The translations under genes were made by a program, and so were the position numbers. The notes under the pieces were generated by a model. It saw nothing but the letters and a program-made list of their open reading frames with translations. It was not told where the DNA came from and did no database searches. Of a stretch of 64,000 bases of DNA, positions 35,163-50,166 are shown piece by piece (positions within the stretch are counted from its first letter, which is position 1; the number at the start of each line of letters is the position of its first letter). Source of the DNA: Rebecca billardiae RCC1528 (Eukaryota > Protista > Haptophyta); assembly GCA_965240325.2 (NCBI GenBank), contig OZ251228.1, positions 248,001 through 312,000 on the forward strand. The letters are read 5' to 3'.

Positions 35163-35454
35163 ATGGTGTTCCCTCCCGCACACGAGCGTAAGCGCTGCAC
35201 GGCGCGGGTGCCCCCGCGCGTGGGCGAACCCGGCGTTTGGGTTGCGCCGCCCTCCGCGCTTGTTGCCGCTGACCGCCCCGCCATCCATCCGGCGACGCCG
35301 CGCAGGATGGCGCAACCACCCACACCTCAACCAGAATTGGAGGATCGCACTTCCAGGGTTTGGATACGCGGTCGCGATCTTCACCGTCTACTGCGCGGTT
35401 GAGTTCACGTACTATTCCTTCGTTGGCAAGCCTAATAAGCATGCTGAGCACTGA
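35163..35454 (+). CDS. NDUFB3: NADH:ubiquinone oxidoreductase subunit B12 (NDUFB3-like); intron 35188-35305
   Basis: Spliced product MVFPPAHERWRNHPHLNQNWRIALPGFGYAVAIFTVYCAVE shows the W-R-x-H-P...A-L-P-G-x-G...F-x-V-Y pattern of plant/algal B12 and a single TM helix. Confidence 0.8.
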
Positions 35455-36219
35455 GCGTCCGCGCGTGGTGGCAGCACACTCGCACGGCATGTGCAACCGC
35501 AACGCGCGCCGCTGCTAACGGCGATGTGTCAATGCTGACAGCTGGACGGCGCTCCAGACATCTGCGCAGGACTCGCGGCAGGCCGCAGGCCGCGCGGCGC
35601 ATGCGGCCCGGTATTCAGTTTCGTTGGCCCAAGACGGACGACGGGACGTGCCGCGGGCCGTGTCCGGGCTGTCCCGTGTCCGGCTGTCCGCGCCGGCTCC
35701 GCGACCGCGGCCAAGCCGGCCCGAACTGTGCGGCCCATGCGACTCACTGACTGCCTCTGCGGCGGCGGTCGCCGCCGGCCAGTCCAGAAGCCTGCTCAGC
35801 CGACGACAATCGATACACATCAACACATGTGAGGAGGGCATACTAACTATGTTGCAAGCGTCATGACATACTATACGACATGAACAAGCACGCCTCGCCG
35901 GTGGACACGGTCCGATTGACCGAAATCCGACCAGCAGCCCGTTCGGCGGCGGACCGGCGCAGTTCCGCGCGGCCCGCGTCTGCTCTGTGCTCACGCTGTC
36001 CGATCCGAGTGATCAGCCGCTCAGGCTCAGGGACCGGAGTCCCGCCTGAGTCGGCCGGACACGACCGGATCGGCCGGGGCCACACTGCTGGCGGCGATGA
36101 CATGCAGCACGTATGCTCGCAGTGCTCGCGCGGGGAGCTGTGTCTCGCCGAGACGAGCAGCCTCACGGCTGTCCCGACCTGCAGCAAGCTTGCCAGCCGC
36201 GCCGCGCCGTGCGCCGCGC

Positions 36220-37934
36220 TCATGCTGGTGCGACTGACGGCATGTTCGGCAAGTCCTCCGGCGGTGAGATCGTGGACACGCACAAGAAGCGCGGCGAGGA
36301 GAACTTCTCCTGCACGGCCTGCAGCGAGTTGGACGGCGCGCGGAGCCATACGCTGAGCAGGTCAGAGGCGCAGTTCTCGATGTCGGCGGGCCAGTACCCC
36401 GTGTAGTGCGCCATCGTCGCATCCTGCGCGGGGCGGCGCGGCGCACGAGCGTGCCAGACAGTGAGCTCGACGAACATGCTGCCTCGCTCGCGCCGGGGCG
36501 ACGCGCACGCACCCAGGCGCCCTTGTCGAGGCAGTGAAGCGCGAGGAAGAGGCATGAGGCCGCGACGGCAGATGGGACGTACTTGAGGAAGCCGTACTCC
36601 TGCAGAGTCAGCTCGCACAGGTACTGCGCGCGCGCCGCGGGGCCGGGCCCACCTGTCAGAAACAGGGGGGGGGGAAGCACCGTGTGGCGTGCGCTGCGCA
36701 GCGTGCCGCACCTGAGAGAGCACATTGGTTTGGTGATCGGCCCCGGCCACGTGGCTGGCGGCGCGGAAGAACCGCTTCAGGAACACCTTTGGCGTCGCCA
36801 CGGTCAGCACAAAGTCCAGCTTATTCAGGATGCCAGCCTCCATCCTCAAGATCTGTCCAACAGCGGCGACCGCCCGGGCGCGTGTGTGTCAGCAGAGCGC
36901 GCGCGCACGACGCTCACCCGGCTTTGCGCAGCGGCCACGCCGGGCGCGCGCGACGCACCTCGTCCCGCGTGTATGTGTTGTCCGAGATGTAGACAAACTC
37001 ATCGACGGCGGGCGGGTGGATCTCCTCGTACTTCCTGCTCGAGCGAGCATCGGGCACCAGGAGCAGCGCAACGGTGAGCACGCGCGCCAGAGATGGATGG
37101 AGCGCGCGCGCGAGCGCGCGCGCGCGGCGCGTACGAGGCGATGAGCATGCACGTGACACCCACGAGCTGCAGCTTGCCCCGATTCACCGGGACCTGCTGC
37201 AGGAAGCGATCGATGTAGTTGACCGCGAGGTAAAGCGTTTCGGGGACGAGCCGGTACTCCTCGGCGACCTCGACCAGCCAGTCGATCAGGATACCGCGCA
37301 TTGTGGCGTTGATGTCCTTCTGGCTGTTCATGTAGTGCGTCATGACGCGGTTCTGCTGCTCGAGCTCGAAGAGGTGGTCGTAGATCTCGCGCACGTACGC
37401 TGTGCACAGCTGCGTGTCGTCCGTGTCGTAAGCGTCGATGTCCCGGATCTCAGCGGGCTTCTTCTCGACAGACATCGGCTCTGCCGCGGGGTCGTCCGCG
37501 GGCAGCTGCGCCGCCTGGCGCGCGGCGAGACGCGTTCGCATGGCACGCGTCTGCACATTGGGCGCGCCCGCCTGCACTCCGAGCTTCGAGATGCCCTGTG
37601 AGCGGCGTGAACGCGCGGCGGGCCGCGTGCATGAGCGGGAGGCCACGCGCGCGCGGATGAGCGGCGCGCGGGTGGGAGTAGAGATGCGCGCCGTGTGCGC
37701 GAGCGCAGGGGCAGGCGAGCGCGCACGCAACACGCTCGCACACCCACGCGCCCCACCCCGCGTCACACCCCGCGGTCGCCCCCGCGCGCGCACCTGCTCG
37801 CATCGCTGGAGTGCTTTGTTGCTGATGTCGCCGAGCGCCGCGCGCTTCTGGTCGTTGGCGCTGGGCTCGTCGACGGTGCGCTTGCACTTGCCGTTGCGCA
37901 GCACCTGACCAGAGTCGTCACTCGCCCCCGCCAT
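36220..37934 (-). CDS. CYCA: A-type mitotic cyclin (multi-exon)
   Basis: Destruction box RAALGDISN; cyclin box MRGILIDWLVEVAEEYRLVPETLYLAVNYIDRFL; KLQLVGVTCMLIAS/KYEEIHPP/FVYISDNTYT; YLCELTL. Confidence 0.95.
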
Positions 37935-38112
37935 CGCGCTCGCCGTCGCGCTCCCCCTCGACGTCGCGGGTGACGGCTGCGCCAGCGTGGGCGCTGTGGC
38001 TCACGATCAAGCTAAGCAACCGGGCGGTGGTCGAACTTGGCCACCCGAGTCCCACTGGCCAGCTCTCCAGGCCTTGCGTGCGAGCCACTGGAAAGCAGGC
38101 CCGGACCCCGAC

Positions 38113-39472
<1,360 letters not shown>

Positions 39473-39898
39473 GGAAATCCTAAGGCGCGGCGCGCTTTCC
39501 GCAGACGTGCCAGTCGCCGCGGCGCCGGAGCGAGCAGCCTAGAGCACTTGGGCCGGCCGGAGAATTCACGCGACAAACGCGGTTCCGGGTTCGGCGTTTC
39601 AAGAGTTAGACGTCGGCACCCTGACCCGAGTGACCGGCGCTCACGCTGGCACCGCCGTTCACAACGTCATCAAGTAGTGATCAACGTGCTTGCATTTGAG
39701 TTGCAAGTCTCACACTTTAACAGTCTTCACAGCGGCCCCGGGGCTCTGGCAGACCGCCCAGCCGCGCGCCTTACTTCAGGTGGCAGCCGTTCAATTATAT
39801 TAGTTATTAAACCGCGCACGCGCGCGGCCACCGTGCTCGGACCGCGGAATCGCTGCATATAAAATATATATATATATACACACATATATATATATATA

Positions 39899-39964
39899 TT
39901 AACGACGTGGCAGCATCCGACAAGCGTCAGGCTCAGAGTGCAACAGACACATAGAATGCGTCCG
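39899..39964 (-). mobile_element. Right-end fragment of the TTAACGAC MITE family, flanked on both sides by (TA)n
   Basis: Reverse complement of ~61580-61647 with 1 substitution and a small indel. Confidence 0.85.
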
Positions 39965-39994
39965 ATATATATATATATATATATCTAGCAGCAG

Positions 39995-40025
<31 letters not shown>

Positions 40026-41557
40026 GCATCAGCTTTCAAAAACAGCGCGACGACGAATGCTGACCGCCGGAGTGTGCAGGCAGACAAGGTGTCTCAAGGC
40101 TCTCAGCGTACCGGACAGGCGATCTGAAAGCCACATGCGTCGAGCCGCATCGCGCAGATTGGCCGCGGGCCGCGGCCGCGGGTTTCCGGCAGAGGCTCTC
40201 CTGCAGCACTCCGTCACCTATGTCAGCGGGCCACGGAGCGATGCTGATCAATCGAGGCCGGAAAGTAGTGTGCGTACATATCGAGTACCCCCATACCGTA
40301 GAAAATAGTCCATTGATTTACTAGTACGACGACGGCTTTGTGAGTAACGTCGCTGGGGCAAGGACGACGGGCGCTGGCGCGCCGCGAGGCGGCCGCAGCC
40401 CTCATCCAGGCCTCGCAGGCGGACGACTTAATGAATATTCCAAACACTGTCACTCACCGGTCATGATCGGCTTGCAAGTCGCAGGGCGCCTCCGCCTCGC
40501 CCACCGCACATCCCGGAAGCTCTCACAGCGCGGATCCGGCGGGTCATCCGTATACTCGGGCGCTCACAGAAGTGGAGCTGCACAAGCACAGCTCAGCATT
40601 CGCAACGATTCCCAGCTCTAGGTTAGCATCTACCGTATCTACCACAATGACGCCCACCAGACTCCGTCAAGGACTGTCGCACACAGCATTGACAACATCC
40701 GGCCTATTCTAAGCAGGTGCCCGCGAAAGCCGACGGACCCGCAGCGCCGTCCGGCCGCCGAATCGGCTGCGTGAGCGGGGGCATGGGGCGGCGCACACAC
40801 TCGGAACCACTTCGTGAGGGCAACGCCGCTCCTCTACGGACGACGTGCTTTATGCCAGTGTGCGCGTGTGATGCATAGGTTTCACGTATGGCGCTATGGG
40901 TGGCCAACGCGTGGGGGATGAGCGGAGGGAGCCGTAGCCGTAGAGTAGGGTGGGTGGTGGTGATCGTAAGTAGAGCGGTCGTAACTTTCAGAGAGGAATA
41001 CTACTGTATCTTTGCCGTTTGATGACTACCATCAAATCGAGCATGTCGATCATTCTGCGATTTCCAGGCGTCGAATCGAATCATCTTGCGACTCATGAGC
41101 ACCTTCTCTTGCTCTTGACGGCGGGTATACTATCATGCTACTTGGATGTGTGTAGTACGATAATTGCGAGATATTCCAGATTGTGAGCGTGATCACAGCC
41201 TCCACTCGGTTGAGATGACAAACCAACCATCATCTTTTACCTCAATTCATATTTCCAATCGGTGGTGCGAAGGGGACGAAATCTTCGCTATTGCCCTCCG
41301 CCCCGCTTTTAACCGGTGCTTGAACTTCTCAATAGGACGGTCAGTACTCACCGTGCAGCTTCATACAGTCCTCCGTCGGAAGCGCGCGGAAAAGACGTGT
41401 CCATGCCCCTATTCGAGCTAGGAAATCCGCGCTCATCGAACGAGCACGTGGGAAGACGGGGAAGCAGAAGAAGGCTTGCAAAGTTCGATTCTGTTCGCTG
41501 AGCGTACGCGGTCACTTGGGGAAGGGCGAAGGCGGAGACAACCCAGCCGAACAAATC

Positions 41558-44376
41558 ATGGCGTTCTCACATCTTCTGGGGCGTCCTCCCCCGGAAATCG
41601 AGGAGGAAGCCGACCACGAGCGCCGGCTCGAGCGGCAGTGGATGCGGGCACAGGGGGTGATGGACAACCGCGCCGACCCCCTCGCTACCGACCTTGCCTT
41701 CTCGATGTCTGCGCTCAATCATGCCCGCTGCGACTACGAGCGTGCGCTCAGCGGTGTCGCGGCAGCGCTGCGCGCCGTGCAGGCGCGTGCGGCGGAATTG
41801 GACCCGCGGGCCGCTGCACCTGCCGCAGCCCGGGCGGGTGGCGAGCCTCGCATCCAGATGGTGCGGCCACCGGCCGCGGCCCCCGAGGCCACGCTCATCG
41901 AGGCGCCACGAGCGCCGAGCAGCAAGAGGAGACGATCCTCTGCGCAGAGCGCCGGCGCGAGCAGCGACGGCGGCAGCGCCGTGCGTGGCGGTGGGGAGGC
42001 GCCGAGCGCGGTCGAGCCCGAGGAGCTTGGAGACCTCGCGCTCGGGGCGGACCATCTGCCCCGATTCGTCCTCGCCAGCCTCGCATGCGTCGACGAGCTG
42101 CACTCTCGCGCGCGCAGCAGCAAGATCGAAGCGCTGCACTCGTCGCTGCAGCTCGCGGCGTGGGCGACGCAGGCGTCAGTGGCGCAGGTGCAGCGCGAGC
42201 ACGACGAGTCGAGCGGGATGATCGGCGGCGCGTGGATCACGCGGCTGCCCATCGAGGTGGGCATGCACATCCTGCGCCTGCTCCCGATCCACACGCAGTC
42301 GTCGGTCGCGCGCACGTGCCACACACTCGCAAAGTGGTCATCGCACCTCATGGCGAGCCGGGTGCGGCTGACGGCGAGCGACATCCGCGTGTGCGCGGCG
42401 CGGCGAGCATCGTCCGCGCACGCGGCCGGCGTCGCGCAGCAGCTCGCGGACGTCGAGCCCGCCGACATGGCCGGCGACGTCCGCGCCGTCCACGACCTCA
42501 ACTACGTGATGGCGTGGCTGTGCGCGCGCTGCCCGTCGCTGCAGGTAGTGCACCTGCCCGGCACGCGCGAGCTGCGGGACAGCGCGCTGATCGCGCTGAG
42601 CACGAGCGCGCGGGACGTGCGCGACCTCGACGTGTCGGGCTGCCTGGGCGTGACGGACGAGGGCATCGCCGCGGTCGCCGGCAGGTGTCACTCGCTGCGC
42701 AGGCTGAGCGTCGCCGGCTGCGCGCGCGTGACAGACGTGTCGCTCACGGCCGTCGCGTCGCAGTGCGGCCTGCTTGTACACCTCGACGTGTCGGGCACGA
42801 GCGTGGGGGACAAGAGCCTGTTCACGGTGGCCAGGCACTGCCCGCTGCTCAAATCGCTCGCCGTCGCGTGCTGCGCCGCGCCGACCGAGCGGGGCGTGCA
42901 CATGGTCGCGCGCAGCCTCGCCAACCTCGAGCAGCTCGACGCGTCGCACTGCCCGGCGATTGGCGAGCTGTTCCTCGCGCTCAACGGTGCGCGCGCGGCG
43001 CGCGGCGAGGGCGGGGAGGGCGCGCCGCGCGCGGGCGCAGCGCCGCTGACCGTGCCGCGCCGCGCCGCGCGCCGCCTCGCCACGCCGCGCGCAGGGCTCG
43101 TGTGCACGTACTTGACAGATCTGAGGCTGCGCGGCTGCCCAGGTCTCACTGATTCTGTGCGTCCGGCGCCGCGCGCGCCGCGCGCGCGGCCGTGCGCGGG
43201 CCCGTCTCCGTGGCGCGCGCGCTGAGCACGCGCCCATCCGCGTACACCGCGCGCCCTCGCGCCCGCCGCGCAGGCGCTGCTCCTCGTCCTGCTCTTCTGC
43301 AAGGCGCTCAAGCAGCTCGACGTGTCGCACTGCGCACAGCTGAGCGATTACTCGGTCGCCGCGATCGGGCTGCACTGCGGCCAGCTCGAGGCGCTGCACG
43401 TGGACAGCTGCATCGGCGTGTCCACCGCGGCGATCGTCGCGGTGGCCGAGCACGTGCACGGCGAGCTCACGGTGCGCACGCGCGCACGCCTCCGAACACC
43501 GCCGGCCGCGCGAGCGCCAGCCTGACCGCCGACGCGTCCGCAACGCACGCCCCGCCGTCCACCCGCGCTGCCGCGCTGCCGCCGCGCCGCCGCGCCGCCG
43601 CGCAGACCTTCTCGATGCGCTCGGTGAGCACGGTGACGGACGAGGCGATCTCGGCGCTCGGCGTGCACTGCACGGGCCTGCGCTCGATCGACGTCGGCCA
43701 CTGCCCGCGGCTCAGCGACGAGGGCCTCTTCTCCATCGGCTTCGGGTGCGAGCAGCTCGTCTCGCTCAACGTCGAGAGTTGCGAGAGGCTCACGGACGCG
43801 TCGATCGTCGAGGTGTGCTACGGCTGCATCAACCTGCGCCACCTCAACGTGCACCACTGCCCGTCGATCTCGGACGAGTCGCTCGAGGTGATCTCGGAGA
43901 TGTGCCCCGACCTCGAGACCCTCTGGATCTCGGGCACCGACGGCACGATCACCGACGTCGGCGTGATGGAGGTGGCGAGGCGGTGCACGCGGCTGCGCGA
44001 GCTGCACGTACACCACTGCCAGACGCTCACAGACTCGACGGTGTGCATCCTCTCCGTCTCGTGCCCCGCGCTCGAGCACCTCGACGTGCGCGGCTGCACG
44101 CGCGTGTCGGACGCGTCGATCCTCGTCGCCGCCATGCACTGCCGCCGGCTCACCGTGATCAACATCGACGGCTGCTGGCGCATGTCCGGACAGATGATGC
44201 ACGTGGCGAAGAAGCACAACCCGCAGCTGCTCATCGTCACCTCGTCTGCCGACCTGCCCGCGGACGCGGACGCGCACTTCGCGCGCAGCAGCGGCGCGGG
44301 CCGGGGCCTCACCATCAGCGCCAGCGCCGAGGCTGCCATCGCGGCGGCAGGGGACGACGACGGCTTCAAGCTATGA
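41558..44376 (+). CDS. F-box/LRR-repeat protein (FBXL-like; multi-exon)
   Basis: F-box ITRLPIEVGMHILRLLP...VARTCH followed by many cysteine-containing LRRs (LDVSGCLGVTDEGI, LNVESCERLTDASI, LDVRGCTRVSDASI). Confidence 0.92.
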
Positions 44377-44566
44377 CGACGGCCCTAACGAGTAACGGTC
44401 TACTCGAGTAACGGTGCCAGCGCCGCGGCAGCAGCTTAGCTGGCTACTGGCGAGTACTACTGCGACTGCGTCTGGCGGCTAGCGCGACCATTATGAGTTA
44501 AAAGTCTGACATTATGAATAAGTTCAGGCCGGACTCAGCGGGCCGAGCAATACTATAGAGTATAGT

Positions 44567-44567
44567 A

Positions 44568-44615
<48 letters not shown>

Positions 44616-44665
44616 TATATATTAGTATATATATATATAATATTATATATATTATAATAATATTA
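44567..44665. repeat. (ATT)n / (TA)n microsatellite tract
   Basis: attattatt... run followed by AT-only sequence. Confidence 0.95.
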
Positions 44666-44826
44666 TTCAATCATCGCATCATCACTGTGAGCACTCGAAG
44701 TAAGCGCAGAGAATTAATAGACTGCAATAACTATACCCATCAGCATCGCGGGCATGGCCCGGTCGAGCTGACAGTGACACGGCGCGAGCAGTCACTTGTC
44801 AGTAGCACGGGCAGCGGAAGCGCTGG

Positions 44827-46995
44827 TCAGCAAGCGACGGGCTTGTTCACGAGCAGCCGCCTGACCCACGTGTCCACCTTGATGAATGACCTGATGTCGA
44901 GCTGGTCGACGTCGATCTCCCACGACTGCGAGCTGGTCGGGATGACGGCGGCGGGGGCGCACTGCTTGACCACCGTCATCATCGAGCGGAGCTGCGGCTG
45001 CTCGAGCTTGGCCGCGTTCTGCGTGAGCTGGTGGCGCATCTCGGGCGTGACGCAGCCGAACTCGTTGGAGGACTCGACGGGCGGGCGCGCGCCGGCGCCC
45101 TTCTTCTTCCCGCCCGGCGGGCGCGGCGAGGCCATCACGCCCGCCAGCAGCTTGTGCCGCGCGGCCTCGAACTTTTGGTCCGCGATCCGCTTGAGCGCGA
45201 GCGCGTGGTTGCTCACCCACGTCCCCTGCGCGAGCCGAGGAGGCCGCGCGCGGCGCGCGCGGCGCGCGCGGCGCGTGAGCGCGGCGTGACGCCGCGCGCG
45301 CGCGCCGCTCCCGTCCCTCCCTCCCGCGCGCGCGCGCGCGCGCGCGCACGTCGCCGTTGAACGCGCGGCAGTTCGCCCAGATCAGCTCGACGTCGGCGTG
45401 GCATGCGTCGATGGTGCCGTACTCTCCGCGCTCGAGCTTGCGCGAGACTGTCTTGAGGTCCATGGGCTGCGCGATGAAGTCGCGGTAGGTGGGGTACTTC
45501 TTGGCGTCGACGGGGTGCGCGAAGGTCTTCGCGTAGTGGTGCCCGCGCAGCGCGTGCACCACGGGCTTGCACAGCTGCGTCACCACCTTGGCGCTCTCCT
45601 GCAGAGGCTCGGAGGGCGCGACGGACGGCTGCGTCGCCAGCTGCGGCGTGCACGCCATTGACGGCTGGCGCGAGGGTGCGCCGGGCGCGGTCTTGCCCAT
45701 CTGCGCGGGCGGTGGGCGCGGCGTGCGCGCGCAGCGGCGCGCGGGCAGCACGCCGCACGCTCAGCGACCGCGCCGCGCCGGAGGCCGCCCCAACACGCCA
45801 ACACGCACGCGTGCCGCTGCCCACACGCACGGGCGGCGCGTCTCGCTCGGCGCGTGCGCACGCGCGGCCGGCGCGCACCGGCGCGGCAAAGGATCGGAGG
45901 TCGTTCTCAAACTGCCTCTCGAGCTTGAGCGCCCACGCGTGCACGGTCGTCCCGGGCGCGTTGTACGTCTTCGCGTTGCTGAAGACGAGCTGCACGTCCT
46001 TGACGAACTCCGCCGTGTCGGCGTACATGTTGCCGTTCACTCGCTTCTCGATCGTGCCTGCGCACAAAAGGCACGCGCCGCGCCGCGCGCGCGGCGCGCA
46101 CGCGCACACGCACGCGGAGGCGGAGGCGGAGGCGGACGACGGAGAGGGAGGCGCCGTGCGCGACACGCAGGCGGGGGGTCAGCCGCGGGGTGCGCGGGCG
46201 GCCGCGTGCGCGCGCCGGCGGGCACGGCCCCGCGAGTCGCCCATCGAGCCCTCGGCACGCATGAGCGCGCGCATCGCCAAGGCAGAGGGGCTGTGGCCAC
46301 CATCTCGCCAGCGGCGCGTGGGTGCGCGCGCGCGCGCGCGCACTAAAGTCCATCGGGTGCAGGATGACGGAGAAGTAGTCGGGCACGCCGTGCTTCTCGG
46401 GGTCGACGGGCACGTTGAACACCGCCATCGCCTCCTCGGTGCGCATGAGCGCGCGCAGCAGCTGCGAGTGCTGCCGGCTCGTGAGCGTCGGCACTGGCAC
46501 TTCAACCTCAACCTCCGGCTCCAACAGGCCGAGGGGCGCGCTCGGCGCGACGGGCTCGAGCGGCGGCGGCGGGGCGGAGGCGACTGGAGGCGGCGGCGGC
46601 GCGACCGGCGGCGCGGGCGGGACCGCCGCGGCCTTCGCCGCCTGCGCGCGCAGTCGCCTGTCGAAGTCCTCCTCCACGTCATTCGCCATCACGTGCACGT
46701 CCGTGCCGGGCGGGTTGTACGTGCGCGCGTTGTCGAAGACGAGGCGCACGTCGGCGACGAACTCCGCGCTGCTCTTGTACGCGCCACCGCCGATCTTCGA
46801 GCCGATCGTCCCAAAGTCCATGGGGTGGGTGATCTTGTCAAAGTAGTCGGGGATGCCGAGGGCGATCGGGTCGACCGGCTGCATGAAGACATGGGCGTAC
46901 CTGTGGCGCTGGAGCGCCTTGAGGATCTCCTTGCACTGCCGACTGGTCAGCTCGGGCTCCTCCGTGCGGGGCCGCTTCGGCTCCGGCGGGTCCAT
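44827..46995 (-). CDS. BET-type protein with three bromodomains and an ET domain (exons 46995-46344, 46057-45879, 45700-45350, 45225-44827)
   Basis: BD1 FMQPVD..PDY..PMDFGTI..NARTYN; BD2 FNVPVD..PDY..PMDFSTI..NAKTYN; BD3 FAHPVD..PTY..PMDLKTV..NCRAFN; ET-like VTPEMRHQL...WEIDVDQLD. All three GT-AG introns keep frame. Confidence 0.9.
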
Positions 46996-47671
46996 CCGCC
47001 ACGTGGCCACGCGCGCCGCGCACGGCGAGCGCACTGGCCCTGCTGCACGAGCGTGCAGCGAGCAGCGACAAGCTGCCGAGCTGGCCCGTGCGGCACTGCG
47101 GCCGAGTGAATCCACGATGGCTGCCCGCAACTGCGCCCACCAACCAAGCAGGGCTTGGTTGGTGTTCAGGCCAAGTTGGCACACCTCCACGAGCGCCCCG
47201 CGGGTGCTCGATGCCTAAGGAGCGCTCGCGCACTGTACAACGCCCGTGAGAAGCCCATCCCCGGCCCCTTTGATGTCACTTGCACTCGAATCTGCGGCAG
47301 ATGCCCACGGGCCAATTGCGGGCGGCTGTCCGCACTCTGCGAGCGATTCACAGTCAGAGGTGTCCGCGCTCCGGCGCACAGCCGTCTCGGCTGCGATGTG
47401 GGGGCCGACGACACGCACCACTCGACAGCCGGCACGCGCGGCTGGGGCGACAGCTCCACATCGCGCACGACGCCGCCCAAAGCCGGGAGGAGGCCACCGT
47501 GGGCGACAGACGAGCGCCCGGTACGATGAACAGTTTCCGACAGGTGATGGGTCCAGCGCACGAGCGCACAATCATGGAGAAGTCCTGGTTGCCAAAATTG
47601 ACACTGGCCTGCTTGCAGCAGCTGTCTCGCGGCCGGCAGCGGGACGGCGGCCGTGGAGGCCACCGGCGCCC

Positions 47672-50120
47672 ATGCACGCTCCGGCGACTGCCGGCGCGGG
47701 GCACGGCGAGGGCGGCGGCGAGCCGCGGAGGGACGCGCACGGCGCGGCACCAGCTGCCCCCGTGTCCCCCGCGCGACGCTCCGCGCGCTACGCCCAGCTC
47801 CGGGAGCAGGTGAGGGTGCACGCGTCCAACCGCCGCGCCAACCTGGCCGTGTCCAAGCTCCCGTACGCCGACGATCGATGGCGCAGCCGCGTGGCGGGGA
47901 GCGAGCCCGCGCGTCTGCGCGCGGGCGAGGAGACACCCCGTGCTGCCCGAATCACCGCGCTTCCGACGGCGTCGCTGGCACCACCAGACCGCGCGCCAGC
48001 CGCGGCCACGGCCGCGGCCGCAGATGACGAATCGCGCGCGGATGCCGACGAAGGCTCGGCTGCGGCGCGCGCGTGGGGTACGGTGCGGGCGTTGTCGGCG
48101 TGGGCGCGCACGCGCGCGGATGTGGCCATTGCCGCGCTACCCATCTCGCACAGCCACCCGTTCGTCCCGCTCGCCCCGGCGGACGACGAGCCCGCAGCGG
48201 CTGCGGCGGCGGATGCGGAGTCTGGCGGGGCGGCTGCCGCGCTCGGCGCGAGCGCTGGCGGGGCAGCGGCGACGCGCGGCGCGAGCGCGGGGCTGCCGCC
48301 GTGCGCCGCCGCGGGGGCCTCGGGCCCCGCGCCGTGCGCCGCCACCGTCGGCCTGCCGCCATGCGCCGCCCTGAGCTGCACCAAGCAGCGGCAGGGGGCG
48401 GCGGCCGGCGCTCGCACGCATGGCACGGCGGCCGCGCAACCGCCGGCTGCCGCAGAGTCCGGTCCGGGAGAGCGCGATGGGTCGGCGCTGCCGGGCGGCT
48501 TGGGGGGCCCGGCGTTCGCGGGGCTCGCAGGCGCACCCGGCGTCCCGCGTGGGGCGCGCCGTGCCCACGACGGGGCCGCGTGCGCCGCCAGCGAGGCCCC
48601 TCGGCAGCGGGCGCTTCCCCGAGCGGAGCGGTGGGAGCCGCCAGCGCGCACCGCCAGGCCCGGGGCGCCGGCGCCTCCGCCGGCTGAGGCGGCGGAGGAG
48701 GCGGCGAGCGACGTGGAGATGGGCGGAGGCGGGGGCGGGCACGCCACGCCGCTCATGCTCGGCCTCGCGAGGAGCGACGCCTCGTGTTCCGCGCACAGCA
48801 GCGTGTGCTCAGCCTCGTCGGACGGAGACGCTCACGCGGCGGCAAAGGCGGCGGCGGCGGCGGCCGAGGCGGATGCTGCGGCGGCCGCGGAGGCGGCGGA
48901 GGCGGCGGCGGTTGCGGAGGCCGCTGCGCTCGAGGCGGCGGCGGCGCCGTCGCCCTCGACCGCCAAGGAGGCCAAGGACGACGCCGACGAGGACGACTCC
49001 GAGGCGGAGGCGGATCGGCCCAAAGCTCGCACCCGCTGGGGCGTGGCGCTCGGCTTGGGTGGCTCGGCCCCGCGCGCTCGCGCGCCCGCCGCGGCGTCGA
49101 GCGCTCACGAGGACGGCGGCGCGCGAGCCGGCGGGAGCGAGGCGCGGCGCGCGTGGGCCAAGGCCGGCGCCACCGTCGCGGCAGAGCGCCTCGCCGGCCT
49201 GGCGCACTCGGCGCGCGAGGGCGCGAGCGCCGCCGCGCGCTCAGCGAGCGAGCACGCGCCTGCGGTGCGCGCCAAGGCATCGCGGCTCGCGGCGCACGGG
49301 GCCAAGGGGGCGCACGCGGGCGGCGCGGCTGCGGTGGCGGGCTGCGGCGCGTGCTCGCGTGGCTGCGCGCGCGGCTGCGCGGTGCTCGCGCGCTCGGAGC
49401 GCTGCCGGCGGCGCGCGCGCTGCTGCTGCTGCTGCCTGCTGCTACTCACATTACTCCTCATCTACCCGGCTCTCGTGGTCGCCAGCTACCTGCGGCTGGC
49501 GTGCGCGCCGCTGCGGCTGGAGCAGGTGCGCGTGGAGCACCTGTGCACGCGGCACCTCACGCTCGCCGTCAACGTCTCCATCGACTCCGCCTCGCGCTTC
49601 GAGATCGAGATCGGCGACCTCAACGCCACGCTGCTCACCGCGCGCTCGAGACCGCTCCTGAACATCCTGGTCGGGGGCACGTTCGCGGTGCGCCGCGGCC
49701 GCAGGCTCTACTCGGCGCTGGTGCAGCTCGAGCTGACGGATCTGGACGAGCTGCTGCGCACGCTGCGCGCCGCGGCGGCGCAGCTCGACGCCACGCCCTC
49801 GCCCATCGACGAGGCGTACACCGCCGCGGGCGTGCTGCTCCGCGCAAGGCGCGCGGGCGGCGCGGGCGGCGCGGGCGGCGGCGGGTTTGTCGAGGCGGTG
49901 CCATTCAACTCGAGCGGAGTGGTGGACGAGGAGGCGGCGGTGGCAGCGGCGGAGGAGGCGGAGGAGGAGGGCTGGGGCGGCGCGGGCGGCGGCGGCAGCG
50001 CACACGGCGGCGCGGGCGGCGGCAACGGCACAGCGGCGCGCGCGCCCGGCGGCGCTGGCACGGCGGCCGACGGCGCTCGCGCGGGCGGCGGCGCGGACGG
50101 GGGCGCTGGCGGCGGTGGGA

Positions 50121-50166
<46 letters not shown>

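Noticed and set aside
40030-41500. Lower-GC intergenic block as a possible ncRNA or decayed gene
   Set aside because: No complete C/D or H/ACA box pair, tRNA or snRNA signature recognised, and reading frames are interrupted with no identifiable motif.
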